DNA of 64,000 nucleotides, taken from assembly GCA_965644295.1 (NCBI GenBank), contig CBFFRP010000455.1:43724-107723 (forward strand). The letters are read 5' to 3'. Positions 36,749 through 50,228 of this stretch are shown here, piece by piece. Source of the DNA: Paraphysomonas bandaiensis. Lineage: Eukaryota > Protista > Chrysophyceae. The stretch's first letter is position 1. The number at the start of each line of letters is the position of its first letter. A program made the position numbers and the translations under genes. The notes below the pieces were generated by a model that was not told the origin of the DNA, searched no databases, and saw nothing but the letters and a program-made list of their open reading frames with translations.

Positions 36749-37229
36749 TTATGCATTTAAATTTTAAAATCAAGTACTTTAAGTGTACCATTTTTATGGA
36801 TTTTATTGATTTGTTCATTGATTTTTTCATTGCAAAGTCCTTATTTTTGAAGTGAAAAGTGACTTTTTTACGAAAAAAACGATGACTAAATCCAATATAT
36901 GTACTCTGTATATACAGCGTAGCAGTACTTTTCCACTCCAGCATATTACGATACGTGGACTATGGTTTATAAAAAGTGGGAAATTATAATAATAAGCACT
37001 AATATATGAAAAGTGGGAAATTGTAGCACTAATATATAAAAAGTGGGAAATAAATGGATGTATATAGTGCTGTATATATGTATATATGTAGTATACATGC
37101 ACTATGTATATATATATGTACAGGTCAGTATATGTATATATATGTACAGCTACTATCTATATATGTATATATACATGCAATGAACTAATCGATCCCTCTG
37201 ATTGCAAACACACTGAGATCTGACCCTCA

Positions 37230-40200
37230 ATGACATCAGAGCTTTCATCTATATCAGATGTGGTGAATGCCATTAAGTGTCTTAACGGCGGAGTAAGTAT
37301 ACATACATGCATATATACGATGAGCTGTATGTGTGTGCGTGTATGTGTGTATGGTGATATTTATTGGACTATGTATGTATGTGTGTATGGTGATATGTAT
37401 GCATATGTATGTATATGTATGTATGTGTGTAGTAATGCATATGTATATATACACATACACACCAGTAACTAACACCACTCCTCTAGAACCCCGAAACCAG
37501 ACATAGTGCCAACACACTCCTTCTTTCCTTTGCAGAGAATGAAGTATCATGGATATGGTGTCTTCAACTTTTACATGAATATCAACATGACGGACATCAG
37601 GAGCAGCAGGATCAGTTTATAAGATACTTTTGTGCCAATATATTATTGCATAAAGTGAAACGACATTGGTCACAATTGCAATCATGCAAACAAAGTGATG
37701 TATTAAACTTTCTTCGGAATCTTATTCAAATGTGTTCAATGAGTTGTCTTATAAACACTCCTAACGAGCAGTTTATGAGGGTACGTGCAACTGTATTGCA
37801 TATGTTGCATGATTTCTATATAGGTGTTTATTAATAGAGTTGGAATGGTATATGCTATTGCGTGTTGCCAGAGTCAGGATCCCTCCAGTGGATTGGCAGC
37901 CTTTGCTGACACTGCAATGAGTCTAATCTCTGAGGAGCCAGATGAGAGGTTCGGTACGCATGTAGCACCTTGTGTATTCTTATATGTGTACTCAGGAGTT
38001 TATGCCGTACCATTGGCCTGGATCTCCTTGCAGTCCTACCTGGTGAGGTCGAGGAACTAGACATATCCAGACCTCACAGGGTGGAACTGAACTCCACACT
38101 CAAGCAAATGCTGATCCGAATGATTGAGGTGCTTCATTGGGGGTAATGTGTGTTGAATTAATCTGTTGATACCTGTATTGTCTCGTAGAACATGGAGGTA
38201 TTGATCACGAGTGGGTCCCTTACCCATCCTGAGGTGACTGCCCTACTCCGGACTCTACGGGTATGATGTGCTTATTTTAATTTGTGTGGTGAGTAACAGC
38301 GCTTCAGAGTTGGTGCTCCCAGGGCCTCTCACTCAGTACTGTGGCTAGTGAGCATCCGACAGTGCTGCATTTCGTCGTAGATTGCCTTTCATCGAATGAC
38401 ACCCAGGTATGTGGAGTACATGCTCTGTGTATCGATCAGTACTTACTCTAGAATTTAGTGTATGCGGGAGAGCACTGGTCTGATATGTGACATGGTACTG
38501 ATAGGCGAGTATCCTCGACCCACTATTCGGGATCAGACTATCCGGTGGCTCATCACTGGGATAGTGGGTATACAGCAACCGAATAGCGGCCTTGCCCAAC
38601 TTATAAATGACCCAGGTATACTCTTTCTTGTACTTCTCTTACAGACCACATGACAGCACCATGCAGATGTGGATGAGGATGCCCTTAACGAGATTTGCTC
38701 ATCCATTTCATTGCTAGCAGAGAAGGAAGTGTCTTATGTGAGAGATACATGATGCCTGTAACTATGTTCGTCACACGTTGTATATTAGATCGTTTCTACG
38801 GAAGGATATGTACCGGAGTTTATCGAACTGATGCTGACTCTTGCAAGTGTAAGACCCTGCAAGATAGCCTTGCACACCTTTGACTTTTGGCTGGCGTTGG
38901 AGGTATGTCGCTGTTGTCTGTGACGTAAATGACTGTTTTAAATTTGGTTGTACGCTCACTTGACTGTTCGAGTGACTGATTGGTATGAATGGCAGGACGT
39001 GGCACCTAGTGATCGATCACCTTATATGGATGAGGAGGTGTTTCGGAGACTGGTCATGTGTCTGGTGAGTCAGATGCGATACGAGGAGGAAGTGATATGT
39101 AGCTGTGATGAAGAAGATGAATATAGCATAGCTGAGTTCAGGGAGTCACAGGTACTACTGCCTCATTTATATTGGTGTATATTGACCCTACATTGCTCTA
39201 CGCAGGGCACTCAGGATGCACTACAGATGTGTGTAAATACACTGGGGTCTCAGACTTTCTTTACACTTTTGTCATCATTGCTTTACCCACACCTCGTACG
39301 CACGATGCGATCTCACCAAGGAAATGAGCTATCTTCCTTATCTCTCTCCCAACATCCGCCAACCTGGGGCTCTTTAGAATCTTCCTTCTGCACCCTAGTT
39401 CTCGTGATGGAGGATGTCAGAAAATCATGGGAAAGCCTGATTCGGAATGGCAATGCTGCTACTCTTGTCTCTGTGATTCTTGTCAAGGAGTGCGTTCAAT
39501 ATATTATTTTTTGTAGTGTTAACGAGCAACTCCCACCTGTTGTGCTCTGTACTTCGTGTCGGCTGATCGGCGCATCCACATTCCTTCTTACATCTGAAAA
39601 TTTGTCTGCAGGGGACATTGACCTTAGGAACAAATGCTGTGGACTTCTCGGAACTGACTCCGGCCCTACAAGTATATCGTCTTTGCTATGGGAAATGTCT
39701 GAGTTGTATGGCCCCGCCATGAGTTTTTTATTCGCTGTTCTTCGTATGCCTCAGTCTACACCCGTAGTTAGATGCTCAGCGGCTAAGAGTATTTTGCAGC
39801 TATGTACCCATGGCACTGAAAGACTTGTAAAAGATGTAGATGTGTCTGATAATATGTCACCTAATCCTCTCCTTCAGTCAGTGGTTTTGAGAACGGCAGA
39901 GTTATTGCAAAAACCCCCCACTGCTTCGTGCACCTTCCTGATGACTCTTTTACAAGCCGTTTGTCCTGTGGTATCGAAGACATCACCGACTGTGGCGACC
40001 TACCTTCTGGGAACCATCGGGCAACCGATCGTATCTCTACTGCAGGAGCAGTTGACACCCGAGTGGTCAGCCGTACGAGTGGTAGAACTGTTGCGCCTAG
40101 CAGCACAGGTGGTGCGATATTCCCAGTCGTCGGGTGATGGCCCTTCATGCTTAGTCGAGTTTCTATCGACCATGTGGCCACACTTGGACCAAATTGGTGG

Positions 40201-41170
40201 AGTGTGTGCAGCAGACGACACCGCACGACATGTAGCAGTGGCCGTTCTGGATGAGCTCTTTGCTCTCTACGAACATTCACTAGTGGCTCTTCCAGAAGTT
40301 TTTTGTGACATGAATAAGGGATTAGTTCAGAACATCGCCTCGAGATGTGTTGCGGGGTTCGTTGATAGACGACTGGCGAGTGGTATTAGATGTTGCAGAG
40401 TGATAGTTGAGACTCTTTGTACCACACCCACAGAAGAGCGCGAGGAGTATATCTCTCAAATGCTCGTACATGTCATATCGCTCCTGACTAATAGTGTTAC
40501 CGCTCTAGAGGCATCGCAGTCGCATGGGCAGGTTGTTGAGTGGGAATGGGCGTGCGAGCCTGATGCCATAGAAATGTTATTCATGTATTTTTACCAGCAC
40601 TTCGTTTCATGTCCCAATTTGATCCTTCGTACATGTGCCAGTACCCCTGAAGTCAAAACAGTAGCACATCGTATCAACGAGCTCGCCCTTGTATGTTTGC
40701 GTGTGACCAGAGAGCGGGACACAGTAAGGCGTATTCTTCAGGTGCTGCAGGCCATGTGTGTACCACCTTCTGCCTCCCGCGCCCAAATTGATAGAGAAGG
40801 GCATAGACATTTGCTGCTACTGCCCTGTACCCAGTACATGCCAGAGATCATCCTCTATATTTTTCAATCACTAGATGGTGTACTACAATCTGCGCTTTGG
40901 CCCACTCTTACTGATACCCTATATACTCTGTTGCTAACTTGTGAGGACAACGGCATAAAGCAAGCTGCTCAGTGGACTTACGACGTTGTCGTCAGTAACT
41001 CTGCAATATTAGTAAAAATACCGAATCCGGAGCGTGAAGTGGTCTTTCAGGCGCTTCTTCGCTTTGCGCATGATAGGAGTAGCAGAAGGTTTAAAGCATT
41101 GTTAACAGATGTAGGGAAAGTGTGTTCCAATGAATTAGAATGTGAAGCATTACAAGATTATATGTTGTAA
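37230..41170 (+). CDS. Karyopherin-beta, importin-13/transportin-SR-like, multi-exon
   Basis: N-terminal ..SANTLLLSF..SWIWCLQLL..YFCANILLHKVKRHWSQL (IBN_N-like), LDLLAVLPGEVEEL, TFDFWL, then helical HEAT-like sequence. About 11 short GT-AG introns; internal boundaries are approximate. Confidence 0.78.
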
Positions 41171-41432
41171 TGTACTACAGTTGGGATTTAAAGTAATTAT
41201 GCTCTAAACATTGTAAAACAAGTGGGGATAACTCAATACTGTCGTTTTATCGGTACCACACTGACCATTGTGCAATGGATTTAGAATTCGTTTCATCACT
41301 TATGTCGTAGTCTAATGGTACTGTGAATAGTGAATAGTTGTTCCACTTCATAATTTCAATGTGGACAAGTTCCTCTTCGCAGACTTCTTTAGCTCATTAA
41401 TATTATATCCTCATGTGGAATGTGCCCTGTAT

Positions 41433-41928
41433 ATATTGAAAGTCTTATTATTAGCAATATAGGCGTTAAAAACCTGCACCGATTTAGTAGCTAGAAGAAT
41501 GCTAGACAAACAAGTTAGACCTCTACCTGTAACTAATCAGTACACACTTTTTTTATCCTACGATTTAACGCTACGGAAGCTGTTTGTGTGTCGCCGCAAG
41601 CACCAAGGTGCGACCACTTCCGCTCTGAGTTCTTAAGGTGAAAATCCCGGATGCTTGACTTCAGCAGGCAGCCCAATACCCCGGTTACCCTTCAGGTGGG
41701 CCCTGTCCCGGATGTCTGTTTATTCGTCAGCATCCAAAGACGTCTACACAAGTGACACTTATTGGTGTCCCTTGTATCACACAAAAAGCACTCGGCTATG
41801 AGTGGGCAGAACATTATTATCTGCTGACTATGTTTGCGGCTCACGTTAGTTTCCCAGAGAGAATCTCACCGCCGGTACTTATCCCCCAGAACACCACGAA
41901 ATGGTGCAAGTCCGACTTTGTTGAGGGT
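41433..41928 (-). mobile_element. Short non-autonomous retroelement, full-length copy B
   Basis: Reverse complement of 6852-7364, lacking one internal ~27-bp subrepeat. Confidence 0.85.
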
Positions 41929-42753
41929 CTCATTGCATGTATTGGGTTCCTTTTTACGTGGCATAGTATAAAATTTTGAACTAAATATATCGTCTTAGAT
42001 GTTTGGTGCTGAGTCAAAATAATATACATCGATTACCCTGGCCAGTTATTATTACATGCGCTTCATAATAAGTATTGCATATTATACTTCCTGAAATATA
42101 AAATAGATAGTGCAATGTAGCCGTTAGCCGTTGAATTTCCTTGCAGCTGTAATTAAGTGGTATTTTGTCTGAGTACACTACAGTTAGAGTTTACAGTTAC
42201 TACTTCTAAGTAATGAATGTATTTTATAAGTTAACGTACGACAATAATTATAATACAATGTGTTGCTTTTCTATTTGGTTTAACAGTACTATTTATTTAA
42301 GTTATAGGCGAACAATGTTTATAGAACATACAGATACTTTCAGGGAAAAACGATCGGAAAATCTAATCTTGGTGTGAGGTTATTTTTCCTACACTTATTT
42401 ATAGACCTTAGCATCTAGCATATAAGCTATATACCGAAAAGCTCTATTATTGCTACCTGAAATTGAATAGTGTAAATTATAAATTAAGTAACTGATCTTT
42501 AAAATGATTCAATAATCAACTAATTAAATATTAATCAACAGCTCTTATCATCATTCATTGTCATTCACTACATTTATATTCTCACTCTACCAATCAATAT
42601 TGTCGTACCTTAGACACGATCTTATAAAGTCAATGTATTCCAGTTTCACTAACAAAATTCATATACCTCAAATACACCTTCTAATTGCTTTAAAACACGC
42701 ACAACTACACAATTGTGAATCATCCTACATCTCCTAAAATTCGTTCGACAGTA

Positions 42754-45700
42754 CTAAACAGACCAGTCACACCGCAAGGCACCGCTCTTGCGATATGACA
42801 CGAACAGTGCAAGTAACCCTTGTTCCCGTCGGCCAATTAATTCTTCACGATCAATTTCTTCAATATGAAACTTCTGCCCAACATCATTATTCGCCTCGCG
42901 ATTTCTGTAAAATATATTCGGATACTCATTGTCTATAAGCAAACCTTCGTATTTGGAATATTCGAACCACATAGGTAGCTGCTTTTGTGTAGTAGGGACG
43001 GTTGTATTGGTAACTTTTTCCCACATCGTTAAAATAAAATTTTCATGATGTTTAGGATCGCCCATCCATGAACAATTATGAGCGCGTACAACAGAATTTA
43101 AAGTATCAAAGAGTTGATGCTGCTGTACAACCTTATCATCAACCGGATTCGCATGAAAGGAGGTAACACCGCTGCATATACCAAAAGCTACACAAAAAAA
43201 AGCTTGATTGGGATCCAGGCCGTGCGAAATCGCACCATAGAAATCAATAATTTGCAATTCACCATTTGAAAAAGCGTCATGTAATTTTCCCAATATATGC
43301 TTTGTCGACATTCGTGGTATATTACCATAGTACGATAAATAATCGGCAAAATATATATACTCATGGTTCCTAGAGGTCAGTGGAATGTAAAATTGCATAA
43401 AACTTGAATAAATTCTTGATATCCAAAATCTGTAAAATGCGACTACAATTATATCATATCCGCTGAGCATCTTCTTGAATTTCATCCAATCATCTAAGGA
43501 AAATAAATAAAACCTTCTGATGATAACACAATTGTGTTGTTCGTATTTCTATGAGTTTTAATAAATTTGTTCAAAGTTTTCTCAGATACATCACATCCCG
43601 TATTCTGATATTCCTTGTGGAAAACTGTCGATACAGTGATATCATGTAAAGGTTTTACACAAGTGAGTATATTCCAAGTTTCTGTAGAGCATTAGCATTA
43701 TTAGCGAGATGTGTCTGTATTGTAGTTGAACCCGTTTTATGAGGACCTGAAATCATTTAGTTATATATATGCGTAAGAAATGTTACCACAACCGTATACA
43801 TATACAAAATTACATCTACATATATATCTAAAAATTTATATTCATAATCATACACACATATACACGTTACATATTTCAATACACAGCTACTCATATATAA
43901 AGCTACTCATACATATAGCTACTCATATATATAGCTACTCATATATACAGCTACTCATACATACAGCTACTCATATATACAGCTACTCATATATACAGCT
44001 ACTCATATATACAGCTACTCATATACACAGCTACTCATATATAAAGCTACTCATACATATAGCTACTCATACATGCAGCTACTCATATATACAGCTACTC
44101 ATACATACAGCTACTCATGCATACAGCTACTCATATATGCAGCTACTCATATATACAGCTACTTATACATGCAGCTACTTATATATTATACAGCTACTCA
44201 TACATGCAGCTACTCATACATGCAGCTCCTCATATATACAGCTACTCATACATGCAGCTACTCATACATACAGCTACTCATATATACAGCTACTCATATA
44301 TACAGCTACTCATATATACAGCTACTCATATACACAGCTACTCATATATAAAGCTACTCATACATATAGCTACTCATACATGCAGCTACTCATATATACA
44401 GCTACTCATATATACAGCTACTCATATATACAGCTACTCATATACACAGCTACTCATATATAAAGCTACTCATACATATAGCTACTCATACATGCAGCTA
44501 CTCATATATACAGCTACTCATACATACAGCTACTCATGCATACAGCTACTCATATATGCAGCTACTCATATATACAGCTACTTATACATGCAGCTACTCA
44601 TATATACAGCTACTCATACATGCAGCTACTCATACATGCAGCTCCTCATATATACAGCTACTCATACATGCAGCTACTCATGCATACAGCTACTCATACA
44701 CACAGCTACTCATATATACAGCTACTTATATATACAGCTACTCATACATACAGCTACTCATATATACAGCTACTCATATATACAGCAACTCATATATACA
44801 GCTACTCATACATACAGCTACTCATACATACAGCTACTCATATATACAGCTACTTCTACATGCAGCTACTCATATATACAGCTACTCATACATGCAGCTA
44901 CTCATATATATAGCTACTCATATATACAGCTACTCATATATACAGCTACTCATATATACAGCTACTTATATATACAGCTACTCATATATACAGCTACTCA
45001 TACATACAGCTACTCATATATACAGCTACTCATATATGCAGCTACCCATACATACAGCTACTCATATACTCATACATACAGCTACTCATATATGCAGCTA
45101 CTCATATACAGAGCTACTCATACATATAGCTACTCATACATATAGCTACACATATATATAGCTACTCATACATACAGCTACTCATACATATAGCTACTCA
45201 TACATGCAGCTACTCATATATATAGCTACTCATATATACAGCAACTCATATATACAGCTACTTATACATACAGCTACTCATACATGCAGCTACTTATATA
45301 TTATACAGCTACTCATACATAGTGCTACTCATACATACAGCTACTTATACATGCAGCTACTCATATATATAGCTACTCATATATACAGCAACTCATATAT
45401 ACAGCTACTCATATATACAGCTACTCATACATGCAGCTACTCATACATGCAGCTACTCATACATGCAGTTACTCATACATGCAGCTACTCATACATGCAG
45501 CTACTCATACATGCAGCTACTCATATATGCAGCTACTCATACATGCAGCTACTCATATATACAGCTACTTATATATACAGCTACTCATACATACAGCTAC
45601 TCATATATACAGCTACTTATATATACAGCAACTCATATATACAGCTACTCATACATACAGCTACTCATACATGCAGCTACTCATATATACAGCTACTTAT

Positions 45701-48700
45701 ACATGCAGCTACTCATATATACAGCTACTCATACATACAGCTACTCATATATAAAGCTACTCATACATATAGCTACTCATACATGCAGCTACTCATATAT
45801 ACAGCTACTCATACATACAGCTACTCATGCATACAGCTACTCATATATGCAGCTACTCATATATACAGCTACTTATACATGCAGCTACTTATATATTATA
45901 CAGCTACTCATACATGCAGCTACTCATACATGCAGCTCCTCATATATACAGCTACTCATACATGCAGCTACTCATACATACAGCTACTCATATATACAGC
46001 TACTCATATATACAGCTACTCATATATACAGCTACTCATATACACAGCTACTCATATATAAAGCTACTCATACATATAGCTACTCATACATGCAGCTACT
46101 CATATATACAGCTACTCATACATAGTGCTACTCATACATACAGCTACTTATACATGCAGCTACTCATATATATAGCTACTCATATATACAGCAACTCATA
46201 TATACAGCTACTCATATATACAGCTACTCATACATGCAGCTACTCATACATGCAGCTACTCATACATGCAGTTACTCATACATGCAGCTACTCATACATG
46301 CAGCTACTCATACATGCAGCTACTCATATATGCAGCTACTCATACACACAGCTACTCATATATACAGCTACTTATATATACAGCTACTCATACATACAGC
46401 TACTCATATATACAGCTACTTATATATACAGCAACTCATATATACAGCTACTCATACATACAGCTACTCATACATGCAGCTACTCATATATACAGCTACT
46501 TATACATGCAGCTACTCATATATACAGCTACTCATACATGCAGCTACTCATACATGCAGCTACTCATATATATAGCTACTCATATATACAGCTACTCATA
46601 TATACAGCTACTCATATATACAGCTACTTATATATACAGCTACTTATATATACAGCTACTCATACATACAGCTACTCATATATACAGCTACTCATATATG
46701 CAGCTACCCATACATACAGCTACTCATATATAGAGCTACTCATATACTCTTACATACAGCTACTCATATATGCAGCTACTCATATACAGAGCTACTCATA
46801 CATATAGCTACTCATACATATAGCTACACATATATATAGCTACTCATACATACAGCTACTCATACATATAGCTACTCATACATGCAGCTACTCATATATA
46901 TAGCTACTCATATATACAGCAACTCATATATACAGCTACTTATACATACAGCTACTCATACATGCAGCTACTTATATATTATACAACTACTCATACATAG
47001 TGCTACTCATACATACAGCTACTCATATATATAGCTACTCATACATATAGCTACTCATACATATAGCTACTCATATATATAGCTACTCATATATACAGCA
47101 ACTCATATATACAGCTACTTATACATACAGCTACTCATACATGCAGCTACTTATATATTATACAGCTACACATACATAGTGCTACTCATACATACAGCTA
47201 CTTATACATGCAGCTACTCATATATATAGCTACTCATATATACAGCAACTCATATATACAGCTACTCATATATACAGCTACTCATACATGCAGCTACTTA
47301 TATATTATACAGCTACTCATACATGCAGCTACTCATACATGCAGCTACTCATACATGCAGTTACTCATACATGCAGCTACTCATACATGCAGCTACTCAT
47401 ACATGCAGCTACTCATACATGCAGCTACTCATACACACAGCTACTCATATATACAGCTACTTATATATACAGCTACTCATACATACAGCTACTCATATAT
47501 ACAGCTACTTATATATACAGCAACTCATATATACAGCTACTCATACATACAGCTACTCATACATGCAGCTACTCATATATACAGCTACTTATACATGCAG
47601 CTACTCATATATACAGCTACTCATACATGCAGCTACTCATATATATAGCTACTCATATATACAGCTACTCATATATACAGCTACTCATATATACAGCTAC
47701 TTATATATACAGCTACTTATATATACAGCTACTCATACATACAGCTACTCATATATACAGCTACTCATATATGCAGCTACCCATACATACAGCTACTCAT
47801 ATATAGAGCTACTCATATACTCTTACATACAGCTACTCATATATGCAGCTACTCATATACAGAGCTACTCATACATATAGCTACTCATACATATAGCTAC
47901 ACATATATATAGCTACTCATACATACAGCTACTCATACATATAGCTACTCATACATGCAGCTACTCATATATATAGCTACTCATATATACAGCAACTCAT
48001 ATATACAGCTACTTATACATACAGCTACTCATACATGCAGCTACTTATATATTATACAACTACTCATACATAGTGCTACTCATACATACAGCTACTCATA
48101 TATATAGCTACTCATACATATAGCTACTCATACATATAACTACTCATATATATAGCTACTCATATATACAGCAACTCATATATATAGCTACTCATATATA
48201 CAGCTACTCATACATGCAGCTACTTATATATTATACAGCTACTCATACATAGTGCTACTCATACATACAGCTACTTATACATGCAGCTACTCATATATAT
48301 AGCTACTCATACATACAGCTACTCATACATATAGCTACTCATACATATAGCTACTCATACATATAGCTACTCATATATATAGCTACTCATATATACAGCA
48401 ACTCATATATATAGCTACTCATATATACAGCTACTCATACATGCAGCTACTTATATATTATACAGCTACTCATACATAGTGCTACTCATACATACAGCTA
48501 CTTATACATGCAGCTACTCATATATATAGCTACTCATATATACAGCAACTCATATATACAGCTACTCATATACACAGCTACTCATACATGCAGCTACTTA
48601 TATATTATACAGCTACTCATACATAGTGCTACTCATACATGCAGCTACTCATACATGCAGCTACTCATACATGCAGCTACTCATACATGCAGTTACTCAT

Positions 48701-49538
48701 ACATGCAGCTACTCATACATGCAGCTACTCATACATGCAGCTACTCATATATACAGCTACTCATACATACAGCTACTCATACATGCTGCTACTTATATAT
48801 GCAGCTACTCATACATGCAGCTACTCATACATGCAGCTACTCATACATGCAGCTACTCATACATGCAGCTACTCATATATGCAGCTACTCATATATACAG
48901 CTACTCATACATGCAGCTACTTATATATACAGCTACTCATATATACAGCTACTCATACATGCAGCTACTCATACATGCAGCTACTCATATATACAGCTAC
49001 TTATATATACAGCTACTCATACATACAGCTACTCATATATACAGCTACTCATACATGCAGCTACTCATACATGCAGCTACTCATACATGCAGTTACTCAT
49101 ACATGCAGCTACACATACATGCAGCTACTCATACATGCAGCTACTCATATATGCAGCTACTTATACATGCAGCTACTCATATATACAGCTACTTATACAT
49201 GCAGCTACTCATATATACAGCTACTCATACATGCAGCTACTCATACATGCAGCTACTCATACATACAGCTACTCATATATACAGCTACTCATACATGCAG
49301 CTACTCATATATACAGCTACTCATACAAACAGCTACTCATATATACAGCTACTTATATATACAGCTACTCATACATACAGCTACTCATATATACAGCTAC
49401 TCATACATGCAGCTACTCATACATGTATGTATATAGTAACTTACCGACATGTAGAACAGCTTTAGGACAAGCTTCTGTTACCACTTCTGTGGATAGAAGG
49501 AAGAGATAGTAGAGAAGAAGACATGAGGAGGATGTCAT
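42754..49538 (-). pseudogene. Secreted sulfotransferase-like (P-loop) gene with a 5.7-kb minisatellite intron; two apparent 1-nt frameshifts in exon 2 (pseudogene or assembly errors)
   Basis: Exon 1 49538-49445 MTSSSCLLLYYLFLLSTEVVTEACPKAVLHVG splices (GTAAG...TTTCAG) to PHKTGSTTIQ at 43746. IVLSSEGF and IVVAFYR follow in successive frames. Confidence 0.8.
43882..49425. repeat. 16-bp minisatellite, consensus CAGCTACTCATA(T/C)AT(A/G), roughly 345 units
   Basis: Directly visible. Higher-order block duplications are present (e.g. 44117 vs 45827, 45431 vs 46234). Confidence 0.98.
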
Positions 49539-49650
49539 TGTTGAGATAAATGGTTTCTATTAAAGTGATATGGTTATATGTGTATATATATATGTATGTG
49601 TGTATGTGTATGTGTGTGTGTGTGTACACATGTGATACTTCTGTACAGAG

Positions 49651-49810
49651 GGTTGTGCATATCGATTTCGTCGATTTGTTCATCGTTTATTTCATCGAAA
49701 AATCATCGTTTTTACATTAAAAAGTCACTTTTTTTCACTTTTCACTGAAAAAACGATGATTTTTCGATGAAATAAACTATGAACAAATCGATATCTAGAT
49801 ATGCACAACC
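49651..49810. repeat. ~160-bp palindromic (MITE-like) element
   Basis: GGTTGTGCATATC..TCGATTTGTTCAT.GTTTATTTCATCGAAAAATCATCGTTTTT is inverted at the right end (AAAAACGATGATTTTTCGATGAAATAAAC.ATGAACAAATCGA..GATATGCACAACC). Confidence 0.88.
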
Positions 49811-50101
49811 ACCCCCAGTGTATGTTGCTGTATGTGTGGAAACATACACATACACAGCAGTGTACCAGATGACTATGGGAATAGTACGTTGATTAGGTAA
49901 AAAGTCCAAGTTTTTATAGTTAAATGCTGCTGTTGTTTTAGATTATCCAAACAACGAAAAAACGATGCTTTTTCACCTATTGCTTTTAACTTCCGTATAT
50001 AAATTAGGGTTTTTGATTGTGTACATTCACATACAACGAAAAAAGGCGATTTTTTTTAGGCCTGGTGGTCTACTTAATCCAACCCACATATCACCTACCG
50101 T

Positions 50102-50208
50102 CGTATCAGCAGTCTGCATCTTTTTTTTCGGGAATAAATTGAAGCAAATATCCTCTATATTACTGCAGTACAACTACGGCTAAAATACAGATATTTGTTG
50201 TCTCAATA
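50102..50208 (+). mobile_element. MITE-like family B, copy 5 (partial)
   Basis: GCATCTTTTTTTTCGGGAATAAATTGAAGC...AATACAGATATTTGTTGTCTCAATA. Confidence 0.75.
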
Positions 50209-50228
50209 ATAGTCTTCTGAGCATGAAA

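Noticed and set aside
41715-41745. CTGACGA in retroelement copy B as a hammerhead core
   Set aside because: Not conserved in copies A and C (TTGACGA), and no GAAA follows.
43780-49509. Plus-strand YSYSYIQLLIHTATH repeat ORFs, or a CRISPR-like array
   Set aside because: Contiguous 16-bp tandem units with no unique spacers and no cas genes; the array lies in a minus-strand intron.
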